From NCBI GenBank assembly GCA_035566835.1, contig DATMQG010000039.1, forward strand, positions 1,524 through 65,523: 64,000 bases of DNA, given 5' to 3'. Source of the stretch: Solirubrobacteraceae bacterium. Lineage in GTDB: Bacteria; Actinomycetota; Thermoleophilia; Solirubrobacterales; Solirubrobacteraceae. The position numbers and the translations under genes were made by a program. Below the pieces are notes generated by a model. That model saw nothing but the letters and a program-made list of their open reading frames with translations. It ran no database searches and was not told the DNA's origin. Positions 8,399-19,617 of this stretch are shown in pieces. Positions within the stretch are counted from its first letter, which is position 1, and each line of letters opens with the position of its first letter.

Positions 8399-10300
8399 AT
8401 GGCGGCCACCGAGACATCGAGTAGCGGCGAGAACGCGAGCAGCGCCCTCGCGGAGCAGCGCCGTGGGCTGCCCGACCTGCCCGGCGTGTACCTCTTCAGG
8501 GACGCCACGGGGAGGGTCGTATACGTCGGCAAGGCGAAGTCCCTGCGAAAGCGCGTCGCGTCGCACTTCTCCAAGGCCCAGGTGCCGAGCACACCGGGCC
8601 ACGCGGAGATGATGGCGGCGGTGGAGCACGTCGAGAGCGTCGTCGTGGCTTCCGAGGCCGAGGCGCTGCTCGCCGAGCAGAGCTTCATCAAGCAATACCG
8701 GCCGCGCTTCAACATCCGCCTGCGCGACGACAAGTCCTACCCGTTCATCGCGATCTCCTTCGACGAGGACTACCCGCGGGTCTACTTCACGCGCGAGCGC
8801 CACAGGCCGGGCCGGACGTACTTCGGGCCGTACTCGAACGCCAAGCGCGTGCGCGCCACGCTCGAGGTGCTCGCGAAGGTGTTCCTGTTCCGTTCCTGCA
8901 CGGGCCCCGAGCCAGGCAGGCGCAGCGGCAGCCCGTGCCTCGACTACTACATCAAGCGCTGTGGGGCACCCTGCGTCGGCTTCGTCTCCAGGGAGGAGTA
9001 CCGCGCGGGCATCGACGGGGTCGTCGACTTCCTGTCGGGTCACTTCTCGGCGATCGAGCGCGACCTCGAGGCGCGCATGCGCGCGGCGGCGGCGGCCGAA
9101 GAGTTCGAGCAGGCCACGCTCGAGCGCAACCGCCTGCGGGCCGTCCGCTCGCTGCTCGAGCGCAGGCGGGTGGCGAATGAGTCGGTCGGAACGTTCGACG
9201 CGATCGCCGTTGCGCTCGACGGGCGCGACGCCAACGCGCAGGTCTTCCAGGTGCGCGACGGCGTGCTGTCGGACCGGCACTCGTTCTATCTCTCCAACGA
9301 GACCGAGCGCGAGCTCGCGGAGGTCGCGGAGGAGTTCATGCTGCAGTACTACGGCGGGCACATGTCGATTCCGTCGCTGCTCATCGTCCAGCAGGAGCTG
9401 GAGCAGCGACAGGCCCTGTCCGACGCGCTCGCGACCCGTCGGGACGGGCCGGTCGAGCTTCGTGCCGCCGAGCGGGGCGAGAAGCGCCGGATCCTCGAGC
9501 TGGCGCAGCGCAACGCGCTGCTCGCGCTCGACCAGGAGAAGCTCCGCTCCGAGCGCCGGCGCCAGGGACGGGTCGAGGCGCTCGAGGGGCTGCAGTCTGT
9601 GCTCGGTCTCGACGCTCCGCCGATTCGGATCGAGTGCTTCGACATCTCCAACCTGGGCGCGACGCACACCGTGGCGTCGATGGTGGTGTTCGAGGGCGGC
9701 GCGCCGAAGAAGGCCGACTACCGGCGCTTCAAGATCCGCGGCGTCGAGGGCTCGCCGGACGACTACGCCGCAATCGGCGAGGTCCTCGCCCGACGCTTCG
9801 CGCAATGGGAGCGCCAGACGGACATATCGCCACACGACCCCGCCTATGACGCGAGCTTCGCGTCGCTGCCGAGCCTGGTCGTGATCGACGGCGGCAAGGG
9901 CCAGCTCGCGGCCGGGCTCGCGTCGCTGCAGGGCTTCCGCGACCGCGGCGTGGCGGTCGTCTCGCTCGCCAAGCGCGTCGAGGAGGTCTTCCAGCCGGGA
10001 CGCAGATCGCCGCTGGTGCTCGACCACTCCACGCCGGAGCTGCAGCTGCTGCAGCGCGTGCGGGACGAGGCGCATCGGTTCGCGGTCGCCCACCACCGCG
10101 TGCGCCGCGACAAGGCGATGACGAGCTCGCTGCTCGACGAGCTGCCCGGCGTGGGGCCGGCACGCAAGCGCGCGCTGCTCACGCACTTCGGCTCCCCCGA
10201 GGCGGTCGTAGCGGCCTCGCGTGAGGAGCTCCAGGCCGTGCCCGGCGTCCCGGCCAAGGTCGCGCGCGAGCTCCACGGACTGCTCCACCGCGCCGGCTGA
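8399..10300 (+). CDS. uvrC: Excinuclease ABC subunit C
   Basis: GIY-YIG (PGVY...YVGKAKSL), RIECFDIS, IDGGKGQL, QRVRDEAHRFA, C-terminal HhH. Confidence 0.97.
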   Translation: MAATETSSSGENASSALAEQRRGLPDLPGVYLFRDATGRVVYVGKAKSLRKRVASHFSKAQVPSTPGHAEMMAAVEHVESVVVASEAEALLAEQSFIKQYRPRFNIRLRDDKSYPFIAISFDEDYPRVYFTRERHRPGRTYFGPYSNAKRVRATLEVLAKVFLFRSCTGPEPGRRSGSPCLDYYIKRCGAPCVGFVSREEYRAGIDGVVDFLSGHFSAIERDLEARMRAAAAAEEFEQATLERNRLRAVRSLLERRRVANESVGTFDAIAVALDGRDANAQVFQVRDGVLSDRHSFYLSNETERELAEVAEEFMLQYYGGHMSIPSLLIVQQELEQRQALSDALATRRDGPVELRAAERGEKRRILELAQRNALLALDQEKLRSERRRQGRVEALEGLQSVLGLDAPPIRIECFDISNLGATHTVASMVVFEGGAPKKADYRRFKIRGVEGSPDDYAAIGEVLARRFAQWERQTDISPHDPAYDASFASLPSLVVIDGGKGQLAAGLASLQGFRDRGVAVVSLAKRVEEVFQPGRRSPLVLDHSTPELQLLQRVRDEAHRFAVAHHRVRRDKAMTSSLLDELPGVGPARKRALLTHFGSPEAVVAASREELQAVPGVPAKVARELHGLLHRAG

Positions 10301-10358
10301 CCGCCGCGTCGCGCAGAAAATGCACGGCATGTCCGGCAAGGGCGACAAACTTAGAACC

Positions 10359-11312
10359 ATGGCCGTGATCAAGCCCATCCGTCCGCTGCGAGGCAGCGGC
10401 CGACGGGCCGGCAAGCCGGTCGTAGAGTCGCGCCTGGAGGACTTCGTCGTGATCACCGGCTTCTCGGGCGCGGGCAAGTCCACGGCGATGAACGTGTTCG
10501 AGGACGCGGGTTACTTCTGCGTCGACAACCTCCCCCCGGAGATGATCCGCTCGCTCGTGGAGCTGTTCGTGCACAAGGGCTCGAAGGTCGAGCGCGCGGC
10601 AGTCGTCTCCGATGTTCGCGGCGGCGTGTACTTCGAGGCGCTGCGCGCCGTCGTCGACGATCTCGACGTGCTCGGGATCAACCACCACATGCTGTTTCTC
10701 GAGGCCTCCGAGCAGACGCTGGTGACGCGCTACAAGGAGACCCGCCGCCGCCACCCACTCGCGCCGGAGGGCAGCGTCGCCGCGGGGGTCGCCTCCGAGC
10801 GTGGCCTGTTGGAACCGCTGCGCAGCCGAGCTGACCTCGTGATCGACACGACCGGCATGTCCGCGGCGATGCTGCGCGGAAAGATCGCCGACGAGTTCCT
10901 GCCCCGCCAGAAAGCGGGGCACATGGCCGTGACGTTCATGAGCTTCGGCTTCAAGCACGGTCCACCGCGCGAGGAGGACCTGGCGTTCGACGTGCGCTTC
11001 CTCCCAAACCCGCATTACGAGCCGGAACTGCGCGAGCTGACGGGCCTGGATGAGCAGGTCGTGGACTACATCGGCCTCGACGGACGGCTCGAGGAGCTCT
11101 ATGTGAAGCTGGGCGGGCTGCTCGACTACCTGCTGCCGCAGTACATCGCCGAGGGCAAGGCGCACCTCGTGATCGCGATCGGATGCACGGGTGGCCGTCA
11201 CCGCTCGGTGGCCATCGCCGAGCACCTGGCCGAGCGCTACCGCGAGCATGACGATCTGGACGTCGCCGTCGCTCACCGGGACATCGACAAGCCGCCGCGC
11301 GTGGACTCCTGA
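10359..11312 (+). CDS. rapZ: RNase adapter / P-loop NTPase RapZ (YvcJ)
   Basis: TGFSGAGKS, CVDNLP, TRRRHPL, SFGFKHG, DVRFLPNPH, IGCTGGRHRSV. Confidence 0.95.
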   Translation: MAVIKPIRPLRGSGRRAGKPVVESRLEDFVVITGFSGAGKSTAMNVFEDAGYFCVDNLPPEMIRSLVELFVHKGSKVERAAVVSDVRGGVYFEALRAVVDDLDVLGINHHMLFLEASEQTLVTRYKETRRRHPLAPEGSVAAGVASERGLLEPLRSRADLVIDTTGMSAAMLRGKIADEFLPRQKAGHMAVTFMSFGFKHGPPREEDLAFDVRFLPNPHYEPELRELTGLDEQVVDYIGLDGRLEELYVKLGGLLDYLLPQYIAEGKAHLVIAIGCTGGRHRSVAIAEHLAERYREHDDLDVAVAHRDIDKPPRVDS

Positions 11313-12416
<1,104 letters not shown>

Positions 12417-12501
12417 GCGCAGGCAGGGCGAGGCGGGCCGGGAAAGCCATGGGCTGCAGGGGGACAGTCGCGAGGGAGGGCAAGATGGTGGGAGAAGCTC
12501 G

Positions 12502-13707
12502 GTGAGGAGCATTGACGACCTGGACGTGCAGGGGAAGCGGGTCCTGGTGCGCGTCGACTTCAACGTTCCGCTCGAGACGGGCGCCGACGGCGCGCCGCTC
12601 GTCGCGGACGACACTCGGATCGCGGCGGCGCTCGTGACGATCGAGGAGCTGCGCCGCCGCGGCGGGCGGCTGGTTCTGGTCTCCCACCTCGGCCGGCCGG
12701 ACGGCAGCCGCGATCCCGGCCTGTCGATGGCCCCGGTCGTGGCCCGCCTGCGCGAGCTCGTCGACGCGAACGTGCAGCTCGCGCCCGCGGTCGTCGGCGA
12801 GCAGGTCAGGGCGCTCAGCGAGGCACTGAAGGAAGGCGAGATCCTGGTGCTTGAGAACGTCCGCTTCGAGCCTGGCGAGACGAGCAACGACCCGGAACTG
12901 GCCCACGCGCTCGCCGAGCTTGCGGATGTCTACGTCGACGACGCGTTCGGCGCCGCGCACCGTGCGCATGCGAGCAACGAGGGCGTGGCGCACCTGCTGC
13001 CGAGCGCGGCGGGGCGCCTGCTCGAACGCGAGGTCCTCACCCTCGAGCGCATCGTCGAGAATCCCGCGCGTCCGCTGATCGCGATCATCGGCGGCGCCAA
13101 GGTGGCCGACAAGATTGCCGTCATCGACCGCCTCCTGGAGCTCGCCGACGTCGTGATCATCGGCGGGGCGATGTGCTTCCCGTTCCTCTGTGCCCAGGGT
13201 CATGCGGTCGGCGAGTCGCTGTGCGGCGAAGAGGACACCGCTCACGCCCGCCGCGCGCTCGCGCAAGCCGCACGCCCGGGACACGCTCGCCTCGAGCTCC
13301 CGGCCGATCTCGTGCTCGGCCGCCGCCTCGCCGCGGACTCCGAGCATCGTACGCTGGGCGGCGTCGAGGTCCCCGAGGGCTGGATGGGCCTGGACATCGG
13401 CCCGGCCAGCGCCGAGCGCTACGCGCGGGAGATCGCCGGGGCCGGAACCGTCTTCTGGAACGGTCCGATGGGCGCGTTCGAGTTCGAGCCCTTCGCCGCC
13501 GGGACGCGCGCGGTGGCGCAGGCCGTGGCCGCGGCGAAGGGCCTGACCGTGGTCGGCGGTGGCGACTCGGCCGCCGCGCTGGCGCGCTTCGGCCTTGAGG
13601 AGCAGGTCGATCACCTGTCAACCGGCGGCGGCGCCACGCTCGAGCTCGTGGAGGGCAAGGTGCTGCCCGGCGTGCAGGCGCTCGACGGGGCTGGGGTGGC
13701 CTCGTGA
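12502..13707 (+). CDS. pgk: Phosphoglycerate kinase
   Basis: RVDFNVP, SHLGRP, DAFGAAHRAHAS, GGAKVADK, WNGPMGAFE, STGGGA. Confidence 0.98.
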   Translation: MRSIDDLDVQGKRVLVRVDFNVPLETGADGAPLVADDTRIAAALVTIEELRRRGGRLVLVSHLGRPDGSRDPGLSMAPVVARLRELVDANVQLAPAVVGEQVRALSEALKEGEILVLENVRFEPGETSNDPELAHALAELADVYVDDAFGAAHRAHASNEGVAHLLPSAAGRLLEREVLTLERIVENPARPLIAIIGGAKVADKIAVIDRLLELADVVIIGGAMCFPFLCAQGHAVGESLCGEEDTAHARRALAQAARPGHARLELPADLVLGRRLAADSEHRTLGGVEVPEGWMGLDIGPASAERYAREIAGAGTVFWNGPMGAFEFEPFAAGTRAVAQAVAAAKGLTVVGGGDSAAALARFGLEEQVDHLSTGGGATLELVEGKVLPGVQALDGAGVAS

Positions 13708-14465
13708 TGGCGCGTACTCCCGTGATTGCCGGCAACTGGAAGATGCACAAGACGCAGGAGCAGGCGGAGGAGTACGTCCAGGCGCTGCTTCCGCGGGTGT
13801 CGTCGCTCGACGGCGTCGATATCGCGGTCTGCGTGCCGTTTACGGACCTGCAGCCGATGGTGGACAGCACGCGGGGGTCCCCGGTCGAGGTGTTCGCGCA
13901 GAACATGCACCACGACCCAGAGGGTCCGTTCACCGGCGAGGTCTCGCCGCCGATGCTGGTCGAGCTGGACGTCCGCGGCGTCGTGCTCGGGCATTCCGAG
14001 CGGCGCGCGATGTGCGGTGAGACCGACCGGGCGCTGGCGTTGAAGGTTCCCGCCGCGCTCACGGCGGGGCTCGTACCGATCCTGTGCGTGGGCGAGACGG
14101 AGGAGGAGCGCAACGCCGGGGAGACCGACCGCAAGCTGCGCCAGCAGATCAACGAGGACCTCGCCGGGGTTTCCGATCAGCAGCTGGCGGGCGTCGTCGT
14201 CGCCTACGAGCCGATCTGGGCGATCGGCACGGGCCGCGTCGCGACGCCGGAGCAGGCGCACGAGGCGATCGCGTTCATCCGAGCGCTCGTGGCCGGCCGC
14301 GACCAGCGCGCGTCGGAGGCGATGCGGATCCTCTACGGCGGATCGGTGAAGCCCGAGAACGCGGCGGAGATGCTCGCGCCGGAGGGCGTCGACGGTGCGC
14401 TCGTCGGCGGCGCCTCGCTCGAGGCGGAGTCCTTCGCGCAGATCGCCGCTGCCGCCACAGCATGA
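13707..14465 (+). CDS. tpiA: Triosephosphate isomerase
   Basis: AGNWKM, GHSERR, AYEPIWAIGTG, YGGSVK, LVGGASL. Confidence 0.98.
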   Translation: MARTPVIAGNWKMHKTQEQAEEYVQALLPRVSSLDGVDIAVCVPFTDLQPMVDSTRGSPVEVFAQNMHHDPEGPFTGEVSPPMLVELDVRGVVLGHSERRAMCGETDRALALKVPAALTAGLVPILCVGETEEERNAGETDRKLRQQINEDLAGVSDQQLAGVVVAYEPIWAIGTGRVATPEQAHEAIAFIRALVAGRDQRASEAMRILYGGSVKPENAAEMLAPEGVDGALVGGASLEAESFAQIAAAATA

Positions 14466-16015
14466 GTGCTGCGTCCCGCGTGGACGGCCTCCCCGCCGAG
14501 CGTGTCTGCCTCGTCATCCTCGATGGCTGGGGCCTGGCCGAGCCCGGTCCCGGCAACGCGGTCTCGCTCGCACGCACCCCCGTGTTCGACGAGCTGTGGC
14601 GCAGCGCGCCTCACGCGACTCTCCAGGCGTGCGGGCGTGCCGTCGGACTGCCCGACGGGCAGATGGGCAACAGCGAGGTGGGTCACCTGAACCTGGGCGC
14701 GGGGGCCGTCGTGCGCCAGGATCTCGTTCGCATCGACGACGCGATCGCCGGCGGGACGCTCGCGGAGAACGAGGCCCTGCGGGCCGCGTTCAGCGGTGCC
14801 GAGCGCGTGCATCTGCTCGGGCTGGTCTCCGACGGCGGCGTGCACTCCTCGCTCGATCATCTGCGGGCGCTGATCGAGGAGGGACGGAGGCTGGGCGTCG
14901 GCGAGGTGGTGGTGCATGCGTTCACCGACGGGCGCGACACGCTTCCCCACGCGGGCGCGGGGTATCTGGCCGAGCTCGATCGCACGCCCGGCGCCCGCGT
15001 GGGATCCGTGATGGGGCGCTATTGGGCGATGGATCGTGACCGGCGCTGGGAACGCACGCAACGCGCCTACGACGCGCTCGTGCACGGACTCGCCCCGCAC
15101 CGCGCCGCGAGCGGCGAGCAGGCCGTGAGGGATGCGTATGAGCGGGGCGAGACGGACGAGTTCATCGAGCCGACGCTCGTCGGCGGCGATGCACGGATCT
15201 CACCCGGGGACAGCGTGATCTGCTTCAACTTCAGGCCCGACCGGATGCGCCAGCTGACGCGAGCGCTGGCCGAGCCCGGCTTCGGCGAGCACGGCGAGGA
15301 GCTACCCGGCTGGAGCGGACGCGGCGGAGCGCCCCCCGTGTCGCGTCTGACGACGTTCACCGAGTACGAGGAGGGCTGGCCGTACCCGGTCGCCTTCTCG
15401 CCCGAGCGACCGGCGACGACGCTGTCGGTCGTGCTGGCGGCCGCCGGGGCCTCACAGCTGCATGTGGCCGAGACGGAGAAGTACGCGCACGTCACGTACT
15501 TCTTCAACGGCGGGGAGGAGGCGCCCGTCAGCGGCGAGCGCCGCGAGCTGGTGCCCTCGCCGCGGGACGTGCCCACGTACGACCACAAGCCGCAGATGAG
15601 CGCCCAGGAGGCGGCGAGCGCGTTCGTCGACGCGTGGCGTGCGGATCGCCCCCGCTTCGGGATCATCAACTTCGCGAACGCCGACATGGTCGGGCACACG
15701 GGCGTGATAGCGGCGGCCGTGCAGGCGGTCGAGACCGTCGATCAGGCCCTCGGGCGCGTGGTCGCGGCCGTGCGAGAGACCGAGGGCGTCTGCGTCGTGA
15801 CCGCCGACCACGGCAACGCCGACCACATGCTCGAGCCTGACGGCAGCCCGAACACGGCGCACTCCCTGAACCCCGTGCCGCTGATCGTCACCGTGCCGGG
15901 GATCTCCCTGCGCCAGGACGGCATCCTCGCGGACGTGGCGCCGACGGTGCTCGAGCTGCTGGGGCTCGAGCAGCCGGCGCAGATGACCGGAAGCTCGTTG
16001 ATCGAGGCCGCGTAG
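14462..16015 (+). CDS. gpmI: 2,3-BPG-independent phosphoglycerate mutase
   Basis: ILDGWG, GQMGNSEVGH, SDGGVHS, AETEKYAHVT, NADMVGHTG, TADHGN. ATG at 14462 overlaps the tpiA stop. Confidence 0.97.
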   Translation: MSAASRVDGLPAERVCLVILDGWGLAEPGPGNAVSLARTPVFDELWRSAPHATLQACGRAVGLPDGQMGNSEVGHLNLGAGAVVRQDLVRIDDAIAGGTLAENEALRAAFSGAERVHLLGLVSDGGVHSSLDHLRALIEEGRRLGVGEVVVHAFTDGRDTLPHAGAGYLAELDRTPGARVGSVMGRYWAMDRDRRWERTQRAYDALVHGLAPHRAASGEQAVRDAYERGETDEFIEPTLVGGDARISPGDSVICFNFRPDRMRQLTRALAEPGFGEHGEELPGWSGRGGAPPVSRLTTFTEYEEGWPYPVAFSPERPATTLSVVLAAAGASQLHVAETEKYAHVTYFFNGGEEAPVSGERRELVPSPRDVPTYDHKPQMSAQEAASAFVDAWRADRPRFGIINFANADMVGHTGVIAAAVQAVETVDQALGRVVAAVRETEGVCVVTADHGNADHMLEPDGSPNTAHSLNPVPLIVTVPGISLRQDGILADVAPTVLELLGLEQPAQMTGSSLIEAA

Positions 16016-16363
16016 ATGCCCCGCTTGCTGGCTGCCTTCTTCGTCGGATCGGGCGTGAACCATTTCGTGATGCCGCGCGCCTACGAGCAGATCGTGCCGC
16101 CGCGGCTGCAGGGCCACGCCAAGGGCGTGGTCGCGGTGAGTGGGGTCGCTGAGATCCTCGGCGGCCTCGCTGTGCTGCCGGTGGCGACGCGGAGGCTGGC
16201 TGGGCCGGGATTGATCGCGCTGCTCGCTGCGATCTTCCCGGCGAACCTGTACATGGCGCGATCGCCGGAGCGCTTCGCAAGGATCCCGCGGTGGGCGCTC
16301 TACGCACGGCTTCCGCTCCAGCCGATGATGATGTGGTGGGCGTGGAGGGCAACCCGGCGCTGA
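16016..16363 (+). CDS. DoxX-like membrane protein
   Basis: GVNHF...SGVAEILGG...FPANLYM...RLPLQ pattern. Confidence 0.8.
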   Translation: MPRLLAAFFVGSGVNHFVMPRAYEQIVPPRLQGHAKGVVAVSGVAEILGGLAVLPVATRRLAGPGLIALLAAIFPANLYMARSPERFARIPRWALYARLPLQPMMMWWAWRATRR

Positions 16364-16432
16364 GCGAGATCGCTCGTGTTTGCAGGCCAGACGCTGCTAT
16401 GTTCGCTTGAGAAGCTCCTGAGTTCTGACCTC

Positions 16433-16924
16433 ATGTCGACCGCGACCGCCGTCAAGATTCCAACCTCCGAGCGGGAGGACCTGAGCGAGGGGGAGCTCCG
16501 CGCCTGGCGAGGGCTTCTGAGGGCGCATGGCTGTCTCGCCAAGCGCCTCGACGCCGAGCTCGAGCGCTCCCATCGGCTGCCTATGACCTCCTATGAGGTG
16601 CTCCACCACCTGCAGGAGGCCGCGCGGGGGCGGATGCGAATGTGCGACTTGGCAGAGCAGGCGCAGCTGTCGCGCAGCGGCCTCACCCGCCTCGTCGACC
16701 GCCTCGAGCGCGAGGGGCTGCTGGAGCGATGCTCCTGCGAACACGACGCTCGCGGCTCCTACGCTTGTCTGACGCCCGGCGGCCGCGAACGGCTGCAAGC
16801 GGCGCGGGTCACGCATCTAGCGGTCGTGCGAGATCACTTCCTCTCGCATTTCTCCGAGGCCGAGCTGAGCGATCTGGCGGACATGTGCCAGCGCATCGCT
16901 CCGTGCAACGGCAACGGCTACTGA
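16433..16924 (+). CDS. MarR family transcriptional regulator
   Basis: YEVL...RMCDLA...LSRSGLTRLVDRLE...DARG winged helix. Confidence 0.9.
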   Translation: MSTATAVKIPTSEREDLSEGELRAWRGLLRAHGCLAKRLDAELERSHRLPMTSYEVLHHLQEAARGRMRMCDLAEQAQLSRSGLTRLVDRLEREGLLERCSCEHDARGSYACLTPGGRERLQAARVTHLAVVRDHFLSHFSEAELSDLADMCQRIAPCNGNGY

Positions 16925-17038
16925 GCCACGCCGCTCCAGACGATTCAGCAGGAGAGGAACCGGATGTTCGGGACGTTTTTCGACGCGGGCAATGGCGAGG
17001 TCGTCGCGCGCACGCGAAGCTAGCCGCCGGGCCCGCCG

Positions 17039-17695
17039 TCATTCGTCCCGACGATGGGGGGTGGCCGTCTCGGCGGTCGCGCTCTCGGACCGCTTCCTCG
17101 CCTGTCCTCGGCGGTGGCGCAGGTGCAGGAAGAGGGCGGTGGCGATCGCCAAGAGAGCGGCCGCGAGGCCGAACAGGCCGAACGTTTTGACCGCATCCCC
17201 GGCGGCGCGGCCAAGGTAGTAGGAGAGCAGCCCGATGATCGTGGCCCAGCAGATCCCGCCGAGTGCGTTCCATAACAAGAAGGAGCGATAGGGCATGTGC
17301 GTCGCGCCGGCCAACCAGGACGCCCACACACGTAGGCCCAGGATGAAGCGTCCGAAGAACACGGCCTTGGAGCCGTGGCGTTCGAAGAACGGCTCTCCCG
17401 TCGCGAGAACCTGTCGGCGCTGGCTGTAGAAGCGGCCCGGACGTTCGAGCAGCCAGCGTCCTCCCTTGCGCCCGATCAGGTAGCCGATGTTGTCGCCCAC
17501 GATCGCCGCCGCAGCGGCGAGCACGATCACGAGCTCGATCTGCAGCTTGCCCCTGCTTGCCAGGATCGAAGCGGCGATCAGCGCTGTCTCCCCGGGCACC
17601 GGCACGCCGCTGGACTCGCCCATCACGATCAGGAAGAGCAGCGGATAGCCGGCCACCTGGACCCAGTGTTCGACGTTGAGGATGGCGGCAAGCAT
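17039..17695 (-). CDS. DedA family membrane protein
   Basis: ESSGVPVPGET, GDNIGYLIGR, FFGRFILGLR; AGGAG SD. Confidence 0.92.
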   Translation of the reverse strand: MLAAILNVEHWVQVAGYPLLFLIVMGESSGVPVPGETALIAASILASRGKLQIELVIVLAAAAAIVGDNIGYLIGRKGGRWLLERPGRFYSQRRQVLATGEPFFERHGSKAVFFGRFILGLRVWASWLAGATHMPYRSFLLWNALGGICWATIIGLLSYYLGRAAGDAVKTFGLFGLAAALLAIATALFLHLRHRRGQARKRSESATAETATPHRRDE

Positions 17696-17782
17696 CGGCT
17701 GTGCTCCTAGGATGTCGCACCGGGCCGGCCGCGACCGGGGCAGCTTGGTGGTCCTTTGACGGATGCTCGCGCGAGGCGCGGT

Positions 17783-18991
17783 CTATTTGGTGTTTTCGGA
17801 GACGAGCGATTTGAGCGCGCCCGAGGCCTGCTGAACGTCGTTGTACACGACGTTGCGAAGCACGACCTTGGTTGTGGACGGCGCCGTGATCAGCACGACG
17901 GCGACGATCACGAGCGCCAGCGCGATAAGCGCCAGCAGCAACGGAACCACACGCCCCCTTCGGCGCCGGGGCCGAGCGGGCGCGGACCCGCCAGACTCGA
18001 TGGCGGGTGCTTTCCTGCGGGGTGGTCCGGGGCGGGGCTGGCGAGGTGCGACGGCTGCGGTCGGGGCGCTCGCCGGCCGCCGGCCTTCGCCCCGGCCCGT
18101 GGCCATCACCGTGGTGGCCTGCGTGGCGGGCGCGCCACGTCCGCCCGCGGGACGCTCGCTGGGAGCTATTCCACTGAGGCCATCCTCCAGCGCACGTCCC
18201 ATCTCGCGCGCGGTCTGGTAGCGGTCGCGGGGATCCAGCGCGAGCGCGATGGCGACCGCGTCCGCCAACTCGGGACCGACCGCGGCGACGAGCGTGTCCA
18301 GCGTAGCCGGCTCTTCCTGCTGCTGCTTGAGCGCGAGCTCGGTCAACGACGTCGCCTCGTACGGCAGACGCCCGGAGATCAGCTGATAGGTGACGACGCC
18401 TAGCGCGTAGAGGTCGGCACTGGGTCCGGCCTCTTCACCGCGGGCCTGCTCGGGCGCAAGGTATGCCGCGGTGCCGAGCACCGAGCCCACCTGCGTGATG
18501 CTCGACTGCTCGGTCGCCTTGGCGATGCCGAAGTCCGCCAGCTTCACCTCGCCTTCGCGCGCGCGCAGCAGGTTGCCGGGCTTGACGTCGCGATGGACGA
18601 CGCCGTTGCGGTGCGCGTAGTGCAGCCCCTCACACGCCTGCTCGATGATCGCGATCGCCTCATCGACCTCGACCCAGCCGTCGTCGCGGAGGATCTCGGC
18701 GCAGGATGACCCCTCGATGTACTCCATCACGATGAAGTACTGGCCCGTACGCTCGTCCTGGCCGGAGTCGAAGACCTGCACGATGTTGGGGTGAACCAGG
18801 CGAGCCGCCGCCTGCGCCTCGCGCTGGAAGCGCGAGACGAAGGTGGGATCCTCGGCGAGATGCTCGGCGAGCAGCTTGACGGCCACCTGGCGCTCGAGTC
18901 GCATGTCGAGTGCGCGGTGCACCGTAGACATCCCGCCGAAGCCCAATCGGCCCTCCAGCCGATAGCGCCCGGCGATCTCCGCGGCGCTCAT
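17783..18991 (-). CDS. Hanks-type Ser/Thr protein kinase, one TM, very short extracellular tail
   Basis: GFGGMS, VAVK, HRDVKPGN, DFG, GTAAYLAPE; C-terminal TM; no PASTA repeats. Confidence 0.93.
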   Translation of the reverse strand: MSAAEIAGRYRLEGRLGFGGMSTVHRALDMRLERQVAVKLLAEHLAEDPTFVSRFQREAQAAARLVHPNIVQVFDSGQDERTGQYFIVMEYIEGSSCAEILRDDGWVEVDEAIAIIEQACEGLHYAHRNGVVHRDVKPGNLLRAREGEVKLADFGIAKATEQSSITQVGSVLGTAAYLAPEQARGEEAGPSADLYALGVVTYQLISGRLPYEATSLTELALKQQQEEPATLDTLVAAVGPELADAVAIALALDPRDRYQTAREMGRALEDGLSGIAPSERPAGGRGAPATQATTVMATGRGEGRRPASAPTAAVAPRQPRPGPPRRKAPAIESGGSAPARPRRRRGRVVPLLLALIALALVIVAVVLITAPSTTKVVLRNVVYNDVQQASGALKSLVSENTK

Positions 18992-19617
18992 TTTCCCCCT
19001 TCCCCGCCGGCCGGTGCGCCACCCGGGCCTTCGGATTCGGCGCCGCCTCCTTTGTCGTGCCCATTGCCTGGCGCCGGTTCGCCGACGCCGCCGTTCGGCG
19101 CGGCGGTGCCGCCCTCGGGACTGGTGCTCGTCGGGGTCGTGGCCGTCGGCGTCGTTGCCGTCGGCGTGGTCTGCGGCGTCGTCGGAGTGGTGGGGGTGGT
19201 GGGCGTGGTCGGCGTGCTCTTCGTCGTGCTGCTCGTCACGGTCGACTGCGGAAGCGGCTGCGTGCAGGCCACGCGAGCCCGTGTGCTCAGGTTGGCGATG
19301 CCCCGGCTGAGCGTGTTTCGCAGGCCGCTGTCAACGCTCGACGGCAGCGCGCGGAAGTCCTGTTCGGTCTTGAGAATTGCGGCTTCCGTGGCGGCACAGT
19401 TGCCGTTGGCGCCCTGCGCGGCCTGCGCGATCGCTTCGAAGTCGCTCTGCAGCGGCCCGGCGTTGCCGGCCGGGATCAGCCCGGCGCCCGAGCTTCCACA
19501 CGCGAGCAGGAGCGCGGTCGCCGCACCGAGCAGGCCGGCAACGGCCCCGCGCAGCAGCGTCGCCGCGGGCGAGCGTCGCGTGGAAATGTCGCTGCGGGAG
19601 GGCGCTTGCATCGTCAT
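18988..19617 (-). CDS. Putative lipoprotein with Thr/Pro-rich tail
   Basis: LLLAC lipobox, two further Cys, (TTP)n low-complexity segment; stop overlaps the kinase start. Confidence 0.75.
   Translation of the reverse strand: MTMQAPSRSDISTRRSPAATLLRGAVAGLLGAATALLLACGSSGAGLIPAGNAGPLQSDFEAIAQAAQGANGNCAATEAAILKTEQDFRALPSSVDSGLRNTLSRGIANLSTRARVACTQPLPQSTVTSSTTKSTPTTPTTPTTPTTPQTTPTATTPTATTPTSTSPEGGTAAPNGGVGEPAPGNGHDKGGGAESEGPGGAPAGGEGGK

Noticed and set aside
8384-10483. Long antisense ORFs (699 aa here; also 2735-4243, 5879-7234, 12340-13614)
   Set aside because: Shadow frames of high-GC codon-biased genes, with no recognisable motifs.
19120-19240. Short-period nucleotide repeats that might be a CRISPR or VNTR
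   Set aside because: They encode the Thr/Pro stalk of the lipoprotein and have no repeat-spacer structure.
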